From a virus: DNA of 57,341 bases. The position numbers and the translations under genes were made by a program. Under the pieces are notes generated by a model, which was given only the letters and a program-made list of their open reading frames with translations, made no database searches and had not been told where the DNA came from. Shown here piece by piece: positions 9,185 to 17,972 of the stretch. Position 1 is the first letter of the stretch, and every line of letters begins with the position of its first letter. The DNA lies in UHGV virus genome UHGV-0198624. One strand, given 5' to 3'.

Positions 9185-9384
9185 ACTTTCCTCCGCAGTA
9201 TTCCGATTCTGCCGTTGTCATCCTCGTAGACCGGATATTTTGTGCTAAGCCGGTAGAGTAGACGTTCCATTGCATTCTGTGAAAATGGAATGCCGACTTT
9301 GTTCATCACCTCGCGGACTGGAAGCGGGCTGTCTTTGATAAGCTCCGCCGCCTTATCCAACTTTATTCTCATTTCCTCTTTCAT
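9181..9384 (-). CDS. Small winged-HTH-like protein
   Basis: Coupled ORF; helical pattern plus YEDDNGRIG wing. Confidence 0.55.
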   Translation of the reverse strand: MKEEMRIKLDKAAELIKDSPLPVREVMNKVGIPFSQNAMERLLYRLSTKYPVYEDDNGRIGILRRKV

Positions 9385-10088
9385 GCAAACTCCTTTCTAA
9401 GTTTTCTCCTGTAGCTTTCCCATCCCATTTCCAGACTTGTGCAGACCTCGTTCAGTCTATCGAACATTTTTGCGCCTAGGAATTTCACCGTGTCGGCTTT
9501 TCCCATGTTTGTGGCAAGGGCGGTAGGAAGCCCGTTCTCGTACCGTTCCATTACTATGTTGCGGATCACAAGGACATCCCCGGCGTCCTCAAGCTCATCA
9601 ATAGCAAGGAATGGAAGCCGACTGTAGAAGTCAAGCACCTGCAATTTACTCCGCTTGGACTTGAAGTCAGAACCGCTCGCGAACTCCGTGCAGAGCCTGA
9701 ACGCTGTTATGTAGCAGCCCCCAAGTTCCCTTACGCAGAGGCTCTCAAGCATCGTCTTTCCTGTTCCGTAACTTCCGCAGAAAAGCATTATACGGTTTCC
9801 CGGCTCGGCTATGAATCTCTTCACAGCCTCAAGCGCAGACTTTCTTTCCGGCGTGTCAGCCATGAAGTCCGAAAGCTCCATGTCCCAGAACTTCATTCCA
9901 ACGCCGCTGTCATCGCTCCTGTAGTGCTCAAGAAGCCTTGCCCTGCGCTGCCTCTCAAGCCCTTCCATGCGCTTCATCTCGTAAAGCTCAACCTCGCGGT
10001 CGCTTGCAGGGCTTGGAATCATGGACTGGAAGTCGATTCCGTTTTCTGTTGTTTTTCTGTTTTTTGTTTCTATCACAGTCATTTCCAA
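9381..10088 (-). CDS. DnaC/IstB-like helicase loader ATPase
   Basis: Walker A GSYGTGKT, Walker B LAIDE, RY..GLPT.LATN, DRL. Confidence 0.9.
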   Translation of the reverse strand: MEMTVIETKNRKTTENGIDFQSMIPSPASDREVELYEMKRMEGLERQRRARLLEHYRSDDSGVGMKFWDMELSDFMADTPERKSALEAVKRFIAEPGNRIMLFCGSYGTGKTMLESLCVRELGGCYITAFRLCTEFASGSDFKSKRSKLQVLDFYSRLPFLAIDELEDAGDVLVIRNIVMERYENGLPTALATNMGKADTVKFLGAKMFDRLNEVCTSLEMGWESYRRKLRKEFA

Positions 10089-10093
10089 GCCTC

Positions 10094-10918
10094 CTAGAAA
10101 GTGATGTCCTTTAAGCTGTCATCACTCACAGCGTCCGCAAGCGCAGTCCTGCCAGGCGACTTCTCCACGTTCACAAGTCCTGCAAGCACGCCCGCCGACA
10201 GTATCGTTGTCAGCGTGTAACCCTTGGTTATGCAGAACCGGCTGTTCATGCTCTTCCTTACCGCCTCAAGCACAACGCCGACACCGTACTTCCTGATAGC
10301 ATCCTTTGTCATCTTCCGGCTTGCAGTCCAGTTGATGATAGGCTTCTCCATGCGGATTATTCCAAGCCCGTGGAGCTGGCTGTAGTTCCGCAGATATTCC
10401 TTCTCGACACGCTCGATGTCGTTTACAGGCTCTCGCTCGGCAAGTGGCTTCTTCTTTTCCGCGGCAGGCTTTTTCTCCGGCTTCCTTTCTACCTCCGAAG
10501 TTTCCTCAATGGCTTCAATCTCTTTTGTCTCTTCCGCTTCTGGAATTTCCGCCTGAACGGATTCAGGAATTTCAGCCAACTTGAAGTATGCCCCGCTCTT
10601 GTCGGTCGCTATCTGCTCAAGCTCGCTTATGCACGATGTCTGTGTGTAGCGGTCGCTACGCAGATAGTTGTTCAGCCTCCAGTGCCTTATGACGATAACA
10701 CCGGTATCGAACTCAAGCAGGTACTTTTTTGCGATGAGGATTCTCATGTCGTCAGGGCTAGCCCCGCACTGCCTCATTATCGCCTTCGGAGAGTTGATGA
10801 AGCCGTCATCGTCCGCAAGCATGCCAAGGGTGAAATAGAGGCATCTTGCGCTCATCGGCATATCAAGGAAATCATCGCTTAGCACGATCAACTTCGTAAA
10901 CATTCTTTTTTCTGCCAT
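10094..10918 (-). CDS. Phage replication initiator (replisome-organiser N-terminal domain)
   Basis: MAEKRMF...SDDFLDMP.SA.CLYF.LGM.ADDDGF; directly upstream of the loader. Confidence 0.88.
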   Translation of the reverse strand: MAEKRMFTKLIVLSDDFLDMPMSARCLYFTLGMLADDDGFINSPKAIMRQCGASPDDMRILIAKKYLLEFDTGVIVIRHWRLNNYLRSDRYTQTSCISELEQIATDKSGAYFKLAEIPESVQAEIPEAEETKEIEAIEETSEVERKPEKKPAAEKKKPLAEREPVNDIERVEKEYLRNYSQLHGLGIIRMEKPIINWTASRKMTKDAIRKYGVGVVLEAVRKSMNSRFCITKGYTLTTILSAGVLAGLVNVEKSPGRTALADAVSDDSLKDITF

Positions 10919-10927
10919 AAAAAACTC

Positions 10928-11119
10928 CTACAAGCTGTTAATCCATTTTTCGACTTCCCCGTCAGGCACTCCGTCCTTGTACTTTTCCATGATAAACGCA
11001 AGACGCTCCGGCGTGTTCGGCTCTCTTTTCTTTGAGTGGCGCGTGCCTGACTTGCACCTAGCCTGCACCATCGAAAAATACCTTCTGAACAATTTGTCAG
11101 CCCAAAGCGATTTCTTCAC
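10928..11119 (-). CDS. Hypothetical protein
   Basis: ORF in operon. Confidence 0.55.
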   Translation of the reverse strand: MKKSLWADKLFRRYFSMVQARCKSGTRHSKKREPNTPERLAFIMEKYKDGVPDGEVEKWINSL

Positions 11120-11320
11120 CTAAAACCTCCTTTTCGGCATAAAATTCTTCCAGTGGGTCAGGTGGTAGTAACCGCATTCGGGACATACATAGGCGCGTTT
11201 CGGAATCTGCTTTCTAAATCTTCCGCCGTGTCTCTTGCATGTGCGCATGACAGCTCCCGCCTCGGCTCTTGAATAGCAGACCTTTCCGCTTGCAGGGCAG
11301 ATGCGCTTGTCATCCCTCAT
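11120..11320 (-). CDS. Small Zn-finger protein
   Basis: C..SGKVCY...RAYVCPECGYYHLT. Confidence 0.7.
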   Translation of the reverse strand: MRDDKRICPASGKVCYSRAEAGAVMRTCKRHGGRFRKQIPKRAYVCPECGYYHLTHWKNFMPKRRF

Positions 11321-11765
11321 AAAGCTCAATCTCCATTTCAGCCGCAATCATGTGAAGCTCATCAATCAGATAGCTTGCCTCTACTGTGTTTATTTTTGTC
11401 ATGCTTTCAGGCTTTATCTCTCCAGTCAGCTTGTTTATGTGGTACGGATAGCCGCGCTTGACAGCCCGGAGCTTCACGTAGTCCTCAACATCAGAAACCT
11501 CGTTCCCTGTCTCCTCGGAAATCTGCTGGATATGAGCCCAAATATGGGAATTTTGAGAGTCCTTGCCTGTTGTCCTTTTCCTATACGGAGGGCACATCTC
11601 AAGCTGGACATATCCGCCGTGCCTCGCCTCACAAAGGGACACAACGCTCTTTACCGCTGTGCGAACTCCGCAGTCGCTGACAGAAAGAAGAAGCGTGCCG
11701 TCCTTGGTGGAGAAATTCTCTATCCGCATGATGCACTTGTACTTGTCCATATCTACATCCAGCAC
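11310..11765 (-). CDS. NinB/Orf-like recombination mediator
   Basis: KRTT...SQNSHIWAHIQQIS ... ST..I...E...LID pattern. Confidence 0.6.
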   Translation of the reverse strand: MLDVDMDKYKCIMRIENFSTKDGTLLLSVSDCGVRTAVKSVVSLCEARHGGYVQLEMCPPYRKRTTGKDSQNSHIWAHIQQISEETGNEVSDVEDYVKLRAVKRGYPYHINKLTGEIKPESMTKINTVEASYLIDELHMIAAEMEIELYEG

Positions 11766-12139
11766 GGTCTCTTGACCGCGTTTTTTCCGGCCGCGAACTC
11801 GTCAGCCTCTTTCTTTGTTAGACCGCATTTCACGACAACGTAGCCCATAAGCTCATTGTTCCATACGGACACACGCCAGCAGTACCGCGGGCCCTTTTTC
11901 TTTATTGCGGCGGCCTTTCTTTTTCCCGGTCTTTTCTTTTCAGTTTTAGTCTTAGGCCGTCCGGGGCTTCTGTTGTATTTTAAGTCGTCAATCATCTCAT
12001 CCGTAAAAAAACAGAAGCAAGACCGCTTTTCGGGATGTATGCCGTGTCTTTTGATTTTCCTAAAGAAACCGGAATTGTTTGTTACCCCCAAAATCCTCAT
12101 AGCTTCTTTTGTTGTATATAATTTTTTTTCTGCATTCAT
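11753..12139 (-). CDS. HTH DNA-binding protein (excisionase/MerR-like N-terminus)
   Basis: LYTTKEAMRILGV; basic GRP linker. Confidence 0.65.
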   Translation of the reverse strand: MNAEKKLYTTKEAMRILGVTNNSGFFRKIKRHGIHPEKRSCFCFFTDEMIDDLKYNRSPGRPKTKTEKKRPGKRKAAAIKKKGPRYCWRVSVWNNELMGYVVVKCGLTKKEADEFAAGKNAVKRPCWM

Positions 12140-12214
12140 AGTTTATCCCCTATACACACTGCTCTTTTTCTGTTTTTCTCAAGGCAATCCGCTACCGCCT
12201 TGTCAAATTCCATA

Positions 12215-13600
12215 TTAAGCTCCTTTCTTTATTTTCCTGTATTCCATGTTAGCGAATCTCATCCAACTGTCAACGAATTCGTCAACCTCGTGAACAACGC
12301 TGTCTTTGTCGCCGTAGCATTGATTCACAGAAAGCCGGGAATCTCCGATTTTTATTTCAGCGGTTACAAAGGGGGTTTCAAGCTCACCGTTTTTTCTGAT
12401 GAAGCAGATAACGCTTGTTCCGTCAGCCTGCCTCTTGTCATAGTCCATTCTGCCCACGCAGTGGTGCAGCTTCTCGCCCTCGCTGATGAGGTCGCCCTTA
12501 GACCTTGCGACAAAAACGCTATACAAGTCATCTTTGAACGCTCCAAGAAAAGAGAATTTCTTGGCTGTGCCAAGCATTTTCTTTGAAAGCTGCAAGTGCT
12601 TTTTCATTTCTACATCCTTGGTGTATGCTGCGTACTGGGCAGTGTAGTCATCGTGCATAGTCTGAAAGTCCTTCGGAAAAAGAACCTTTGTGTCGGCGAA
12701 GTCAAGATGAAGCCAGTCGCAGGCGGTCAAGTAGTCTCCATAGGATTCACTGGCAATATTATTGACTTTGATGTAGTCAGAAAGTTTTTCCTGTGTCGCA
12801 TACTTCAAAGCCTTTTTGTAAATCGCTTGGTTCGTAAAACACACATCTTTTCCGCACTGAATACGATACTTCAAAGAACTCAAATAATCTTGTGGATCAC
12901 CATTTGCATTTTTCTTAAAAGCGTTTCTTGCTGTCTGAAAAGCCATGTCTGAAACTTTTTCAGCATTCTTGAAAAGCCATTTCTGAAAATCCTTGTTTGT
13001 GGTAATGAACTCAAGGGCTTTTTCACTCCACATTCTCTTGATGTTCAGTTTCATCAGCATTTCGCAAATCGGATATTTTCTGTAAAGCCCGATGTAGTCG
13101 ATTGCATAAATGCCGTTTCCGCTTTTGTATGCGCAGTACTTCAACGAGCCGTCAAGCTGCACAATGCGCTCAAAGCCGAAAAGCTCGTATCTGTTTATTT
13201 TTGACACATCAGCCGCTGAAAAATCGAACTCGGGCATATAAGGATAATACCTCGTGTCCTTTCCCATGTAGCCGTATGAGCGGAATCCGGCGCCGCATCC
13301 GTACCCTTGGTAGCAGTTTCTTGACAAGGCGCAAAACCTCTTGTCAGCAAGAACAACAAGGAGCTTCTGCACTGTGAAGCCTTTCTGTGTCCAGCTCGCG
13401 CCGTAAATCTCCTCTATTATTCCAACACATGTGTCATAATCAAGCCATGAGAAATACATCTTATCAGCGTGCAGTCTCTCGCTTCCCATTTTTGCCTTGA
13501 TGACATCTTCCAACTGCCGCCCCGCAATCACTGGAAAGACATCAATCAAATTATTCTGCCTTGACAAAAAAGAATTGTCATAAACTATCGGATATTCCAT
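12215..13600 (-). CDS. PcfJ-domain protein
   Basis: Y.DYL..C..L..D......LFPKDF...HD; L..EGEKLHHCVG; FIRK.....PF.T.EI. Confidence 0.85.
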   Translation of the reverse strand: MEYPIVYDNSFLSRQNNLIDVFPVIAGRQLEDVIKAKMGSERLHADKMYFSWLDYDTCVGIIEEIYGASWTQKGFTVQKLLVVLADKRFCALSRNCYQGYGCGAGFRSYGYMGKDTRYYPYMPEFDFSAADVSKINRYELFGFERIVQLDGSLKYCAYKSGNGIYAIDYIGLYRKYPICEMLMKLNIKRMWSEKALEFITTNKDFQKWLFKNAEKVSDMAFQTARNAFKKNANGDPQDYLSSLKYRIQCGKDVCFTNQAIYKKALKYATQEKLSDYIKVNNIASESYGDYLTACDWLHLDFADTKVLFPKDFQTMHDDYTAQYAAYTKDVEMKKHLQLSKKMLGTAKKFSFLGAFKDDLYSVFVARSKGDLISEGEKLHHCVGRMDYDKRQADGTSVICFIRKNGELETPFVTAEIKIGDSRLSVNQCYGDKDSVVHEVDEFVDSWMRFANMEYRKIKKGA

Positions 13601-13836
13601 TTTTCCACTCCAAACAAAGCCTTCAAGCGTTGCTCTTGCGCCGGGTAGTGCTCGTGCAATACATCAGCCATTGATTTTCCTTGCTCTTCATAATCTCCGT
13701 AAATAGAATGAAGAAAATCATCAAACTTGAAAATGTCAAAGCAAGGCTTCTTCACTGCTACGGTCAAAACATTGTCGTAAAAATCTTTTGGATTAAGCCC
13801 GATTTCAACCAAAACATTTGCAACACTCCAGTCCAT
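13585..13836 (-). CDS. Hypothetical protein
   Basis: ORF in operon. Confidence 0.6.
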   Translation of the reverse strand: MDWSVANVLVEIGLNPKDFYDNVLTVAVKKPCFDIFKFDDFLHSIYGDYEEQGKSMADVLHEHYPAQEQRLKALFGVEKWNIR

Positions 13837-13840
13837 ATTC

Positions 13841-14758
13841 TTACCCCTTGTTTCTTCCAGCCTTATGCGAACTCACAAGTATTTTTTGGGCGTGCTGCCT
13901 GTAAAGACTGTTGAACTCAATATCATTATAAATCGTGTCGTACACCTGCTCGTAAGTGTATTTATTCAACTTTGCGTGAATTTCTGGAATCGTAAAATCA
14001 GCCTCTATGTAAGTTCTGATTTTTTCTTTTTCATCATCAGAAAAAATGACAATATCAAGCTCTTCTTTATTCTTCCAGTAAGCCTTTTCACCGTTCGCAT
14101 TGACTTTCTTTTTCCAGTTCTCGTAAGTCTTTAACAGTTTCGGGTCTGTTATAAGCCCCCAATCGATAAGACGGTGAGAGATTGTATTCCTGTAGATTCC
14201 AAGATTCTGCTCCATACGCCTAAGCGGAACGCCAAGCTTGTACTGCATTATAATTTCATCTTTTTTGTCATTTCCAACTGTAGCGTCATCGGAGCTCTTT
14301 CTTCCTTTTGGTCTGCCAAGCAGGACACCTTTTTTTACACGAAGCATTAAGCCTTCCTTCGTCCTTGCCTGTATCATCTTTCTTTCGATTTCCGCAGAAA
14401 GCCCGAACGCAAACGCAAGCACTTTCGACTGAATGTCATCGCCGAGCTTGTAGTTGTCTTTAACTGTATAAACAACCGCCCCGACTTTCATACAATGGTT
14501 TAGAATATCCATAACCATAAGCAAATCACGTCCAAGACGGCTGATTTCCGCCGCTATCAGAATGTCGTCCTTATGCAGCAGGTCCAGCAAGACTCCCAAA
14601 TTGCGCTTGCAAGGGTCTTTCGAGCCGCTCACACCGTCATCTGTTATGTACTTGTCAATCTGCCATCCCTGTTTTTCCGCAAAGCCGTCAACGCCCTGTT
14701 TCTGCGAGTTGTAGTCCTGCTTGTCAGTCGAAACCCTCAAATATCCGTAAACCGCCAT
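13841..14758 (-). CDS. Serine recombinase, Mpi-like, with C-terminal extension
   Basis: YGYLRVSTDKQ, SRLGR, LGDDIQSKVLAFAFGLSAEIER, GRP. Confidence 0.92.
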   Translation of the reverse strand: MAVYGYLRVSTDKQDYNSQKQGVDGFAEKQGWQIDKYITDDGVSGSKDPCKRNLGVLLDLLHKDDILIAAEISRLGRDLLMVMDILNHCMKVGAVVYTVKDNYKLGDDIQSKVLAFAFGLSAEIERKMIQARTKEGLMLRVKKGVLLGRPKGRKSSDDATVGNDKKDEIIMQYKLGVPLRRMEQNLGIYRNTISHRLIDWGLITDPKLLKTYENWKKKVNANGEKAYWKNKEELDIVIFSDDEKEKIRTYIEADFTIPEIHAKLNKYTYEQVYDTIYNDIEFNSLYRQHAQKILVSSHKAGRNKG

Positions 14759-14978
14759 TATCTGTTGCCCCTTTAGTTTTCAATCCATATTTTTCATCAA
14801 TCTCATCAACCCACTGCGGACGGTTCGGCTTGAAATAGTCGCCGCATTCCTTCATGTAGCCTCTCAGTTTTTCTGAAAGCTCCTTGTCTGGAATCTCACC
14901 GCCAAAGATATTCAGCCTTTTCTGCGCCGATGAGATGTCAGTCCTTAGCTTCACTCGGAGATGATTTTCAGTCCGCAC
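14724..14978 (-). CDS. Hypothetical protein between the two recombinases
   Basis: ORF track. Confidence 0.55.
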   Translation of the reverse strand: MRTENHLRVKLRTDISSAQKRLNIFGGEIPDKELSEKLRGYMKECGDYFKPNRPQWVDEIDEKYGLKTKGATDNGGLRIFEGFD

Positions 14979-15002
14979 TGTTCAGCCGTTGCCACAAGTT
15001 TC

Positions 15003-15686
15003 TCATAGTCGCTCATAATTTCCCTCCCGGATTCTTCTGTTGTGCTCAATCATATTTGCCCTTGCAAGGGAGTTTTTTCTGTCGCGGAACCGCCCTGTTT
15101 TAAGCCACCTGTAAAGAGTTGTCCTGTCAACTCCAAGCCGCCGGGCTATCTCGCTTTTTCGGACACCAGCTGCAAGCATCGCATCAATCTGACTTTCGTA
15201 CTTAGACAGCTTTGTATAAGAGTTGCAGTCGCCAAACGGTCGCCCTACAATAATTCCCTGTTGCCGTTTCTTCTCAAGGGCTTCCTTCGTTCGCCTGCTT
15301 ATCATCTCCCTTTCAATTTCAGCAGACAGCCCGAACGCAAAGGCAAGCACCTTGCTTGTGATGTTGTCGCCAAGCTCGTAGTTGTCTTTGACTGTATAAA
15401 CTTTTATGCCGTTGTTCATACAGTATTCCAAAATGCGCATAATCATAAACAGAGAGCGTCCAAGCCGACTGATTTCCCCGGCAAGCAGGATGTCTCCGGA
15501 GCTTAGTTTTTTCAGAAGATTTCCCAGCTCCCTTTTTTCCGGCTCGAGAGTTCCACTCTTGCCTTCGTCGTCTATGTATTCATCAATGACAAAGCCTCTT
15601 TTTTTAGCGAATTCATCAATGCCTTGTCTTTGGTTTTCTCCGTCCTGCTTTCCAGTGGAAACCCGGAGATAAGCATAAACCGCCAT
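15003..15686 (-). CDS. Serine recombinase, Mpi-like, with C-terminal HTH
   Basis: YAYLRVSTGKQ, SRLGR, SKVLAFAFGLSAEIER, KSEIARRLGVDRTTLYRW. Confidence 0.93.
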   Translation of the reverse strand: MAVYAYLRVSTGKQDGENQRQGIDEFAKKRGFVIDEYIDDEGKSGTLEPEKRELGNLLKKLSSGDILLAGEISRLGRSLFMIMRILEYCMNNGIKVYTVKDNYELGDNITSKVLAFAFGLSAEIEREMISRRTKEALEKKRQQGIIVGRPFGDCNSYTKLSKYESQIDAMLAAGVRKSEIARRLGVDRTTLYRWLKTGRFRDRKNSLARANMIEHNRRIREGNYERL

Positions 15687-15697
15687 TATCCGCTCCC

Positions 15698-16141
15698 CTA
15701 GAAGTCGAATCCAAGCTGGGCTTCTTCCGCAATGGTCTTTACCTTGGCTTTGGGAGCAGGCTTGTATGTCTCTCCAACGGAATTTTCATCTTCATTTCTT
15801 TGCTCCAGTGCCTCGTCATCATCTTCGTTGGCAACGACATTTGTGTCGGTCGCAACATCTTTTTTAGCGGATTGCTCAGACTTCTTTTCCTCGCAGTCTA
15901 ATGAATCCTCAAGGATGTAATGAACCGCCATCTCGTAGACTTCCGCGTCTGAAATGACCGCGACATTCCCCTCCTTTCTCTTTCTCGCCTCGCCGATTAT
16001 ATACTTTATAACACCGTCAAGCGACTTATTTTCCTTTTTGCACGCTTCCGCAAGGTATTTGTCGGTCTTGCACCTCTCATGCAAATACTTGATAATTGCA
16101 GACCTGTAAGCCTGCTTCGCCTGTTCTGTTACATCAACCAT
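15698..16141 (-). CDS. PcfK-like protein (family that includes AcrIIA9)
   Basis: I..YL.ERC..D..LA....KENKSLD....YI..EARK......ISD.EVY.MAVHY..ED; QLGFDF tail. Confidence 0.8.
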   Translation of the reverse strand: MVDVTEQAKQAYRSAIIKYLHERCKTDKYLAEACKKENKSLDGVIKYIIGEARKRKEGNVAVISDAEVYEMAVHYILEDSLDCEEKKSEQSAKKDVATDTNVVANEDDDEALEQRNEDENSVGETYKPAPKAKVKTIAEEAQLGFDF

Positions 16142-16170
16142 ACATTCCTCCTGATTATTTTTTTCTGGAC

Positions 16171-16251
16171 ACCGGGCAGGGAAGATTCGGACTTCCCCGG
16201 CTCTCTCCGGATGCTTTTAAACGGAGACTGCCTCATGCCTTTTTTACCCGG
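16171..16251 (-). ncRNA. Degenerate tRNA-like element 2
   Basis: GCCGGGTA/TGCCCGGT closing stem; T-arm GGAAG-TCCGAAT-CTTCC; TCTCCG/CGGAGA stem with oversized loop. Confidence 0.45.
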
Positions 16252-16407
16252 CGCAGTCTGCACTTGTCGAGACTGCAAGAGCTAACCGCCTTTTCGCTCC
16301 TCGGCGTAGCCGCCCGTGAGAGGCGGCCTCCAAATTATGCGGAGCGCTTTCGGAAAGGCCGTAAAAGCTGTTTACTTGTTAAAACACCATGCCGAAAACT
16401 TCGGCTA

Positions 16408-16497
16408 TGCGGAAGCCGGGAGTCGAACCTGGAATATGGAATTTTTTCAAGGAGGAATCGGCGCGATGGAACGCCCCCGGACCGCCGGGACTTCCGC
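16408..16497 (-). ncRNA. Degenerate tRNA-like element 1 (90 nt)
   Basis: Perfect acceptor stem GCGGAAG/CTTCCGC plus A; T-arm CCAGG-TTCGACT-CCCGG; non-canonical D and anticodon arms. Confidence 0.55.
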
Positions 16498-16621
16498 AAA
16501 AGTGGCGGGCTTTTTACCAGTATCACGCCATTGCTGGAAGCCGTAGCAAGCCGTAAGCTTTCCAAAGCCCAAGGATTGAAACCTTGATTTTTATCTAATC
16601 CGCATGGAAGGGGATGCGGAT

Positions 16622-16849
16622 TTATTCGCATTCAAATCCGTCAAACCCTCCATTGACGAATATGTTCATGCTCTGCATTAGCTCGCGCTCAAGCCGTCCG
16701 TTCTCGTCCCTTAGTTCAAGAACCTCCGCCCTTAGAGCCTCGTTTCTCCTGTCAAGCCCGGAAATTGCCTCTTCCTGCATTATCAGAACCATGAAGTTCA
16801 GAATTCCGACAGTGAGAGCGGCAAGGGCTACAAGCAAAATGTGCCTCAT
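16622..16849 (-). CDS. TM plus coiled-coil protein
   Basis: N-terminal hydrophobic helix followed by heptads. Confidence 0.65.
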   Translation of the reverse strand: MRHILLVALAALTVGILNFMVLIMQEEAISGLDRRNEALRAEVLELRDENGRLERELMQSMNIFVNGGFDGFECE

Positions 16850-17247
16850 TCTCCAAGCTCCTTTCTCACAAGATCCGCCACAAGGTCGAGCCGGTCGTCC
16901 TCGCACAGCTCTATTATCATGGACTTCAAGTCGTCCGTGTACCTTATGAAGCGGCTTCTGGCGCGCTCCATCCACACAAGCTCCTCCGGGTCGTTCATCT
17001 CAAGCCACCGTCTGTAGAAGCCGTCATTCCTGCAGTGGTGCTCCCAGTGATGACGCCTGCACTGCGCCCTAGCGTTCGCCGGGTAGAACATGAGAGCCGG
17101 GCTTGAACCCTGCGTGAAGAAGTGGGAGCATTCAAGGCTTCCGCCGCAAGGCTCGTACCCCCTTACAACGCACCGGCAGTCCCTCCTTAAAACCGCATGG
17201 CTGAACGCCTGCTGGACTTTCTTCATCGGTATCATGCTGCGCCTCAT
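16846..17247 (-). CDS. NinG/Rap-like HNH-type nuclease
   Basis: RRD..CV......CSHFF.......F.P.N..AQC..HH. Confidence 0.7.
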   Translation of the reverse strand: MRRSMIPMKKVQQAFSHAVLRRDCRCVVRGYEPCGGSLECSHFFTQGSSPALMFYPANARAQCRRHHWEHHCRNDGFYRRWLEMNDPEELVWMERARSRFIRYTDDLKSMIIELCEDDRLDLVADLVRKELGE

Positions 17248-17516
17248 GCCTTTTTCTCCGAGCCGGTGTACATAAGGGAAATCACAAACTCCAGCTCCGC
17301 CTTGTTCTCCAGATGCTTGCTTGCAAAATGCTCAACCGTTTCATTCATCATCTTTTCAGCGGTGTCGGAAAAAGGCGTGTCTTTCAGCTTGGCGCAGGCA
17401 GCCTCAAGAGCAGACAGCTCCTCTTTGCCCTCCTCGTAGGCTTCGGCCTCGCTCTTCATAATCTTGCGGACAAGCGCACAGACTTTATCCGCGTCCTCCG
17501 TTGAGATCTCAATCAT
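17244..17516 (-). CDS. Hypothetical protein
   Basis: Coupled ORF. Confidence 0.65.
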   Translation of the reverse strand: MIEISTEDADKVCALVRKIMKSEAEAYEEGKEELSALEAACAKLKDTPFSDTAEKMMNETVEHFASKHLENKAELEFVISLMYTGSEKKA

Positions 17517-17525
17517 CGCAGCCTC

Positions 17526-17972
17526 CTAGAACGGAATGTCTTCCGGGAATCCGCTACCGCCGTCAAAGCCGAAATTTTCGTCCGCCGGAGGAGCTATCCT
17601 GTTCTCGGCCGGGGCTTGTCTCTGCTCCGCCTTTCCGCCGCAAAGCTGGATGTGGTCGGCAATGATTCCGACAGAGCTTCTTGCGCCTCCGTTCTGGTCA
17701 GTCCATCTGTCCTGCTTGAGGAATCCCTGCACCGCCACAAGCTGCCCTTTCGTAAGGTACGGCTTCAGGTTCTCCGCGGTCTTGCCGAACACGGTTACGT
17801 TGAAGTAGGAAACCTCGTCAACCCACTGGTTGCCCTGTTTTCTGCTCCTGTTGACGGCTATCGAGAACCTGCCGATTGCAGTTCCGCCCTGCGTGTAGCT
17901 GAATCCGTTCTGGGAGCTTCCAATGTCCGCGGTCAGCCGTCCGCATAAAACCACACTGTTTACGTCTGTCAT
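17526..17972 (-). CDS. ssb: Single-stranded DNA-binding protein
   Basis: N.V.L.GRLT.D, FSIAVNR, KG.LV.V.G.L, acidic FPEDIPF tail. Confidence 0.95.
   Translation of the reverse strand: MTDVNSVVLCGRLTADIGSSQNGFSYTQGGTAIGRFSIAVNRSRKQGNQWVDEVSYFNVTVFGKTAENLKPYLTKGQLVAVQGFLKQDRWTDQNGGARSSVGIIADHIQLCGGKAEQRQAPAENRIAPPADENFGFDGGSGFPEDIPF

Noticed and set aside
13841..15686. Transposon or IS carrying the two recombinases
   Set aside because: No transposase, terminal inverted repeats or target duplication found by eye
16079..16631. ORF-track proteins across the structured block, and canonical tRNA calls
   Set aside because: The ORFs lack an RBS or recognisable motifs; the tRNA-like elements lack proper D arms and 7-nt anticodon loops, so no anticodon was assigned
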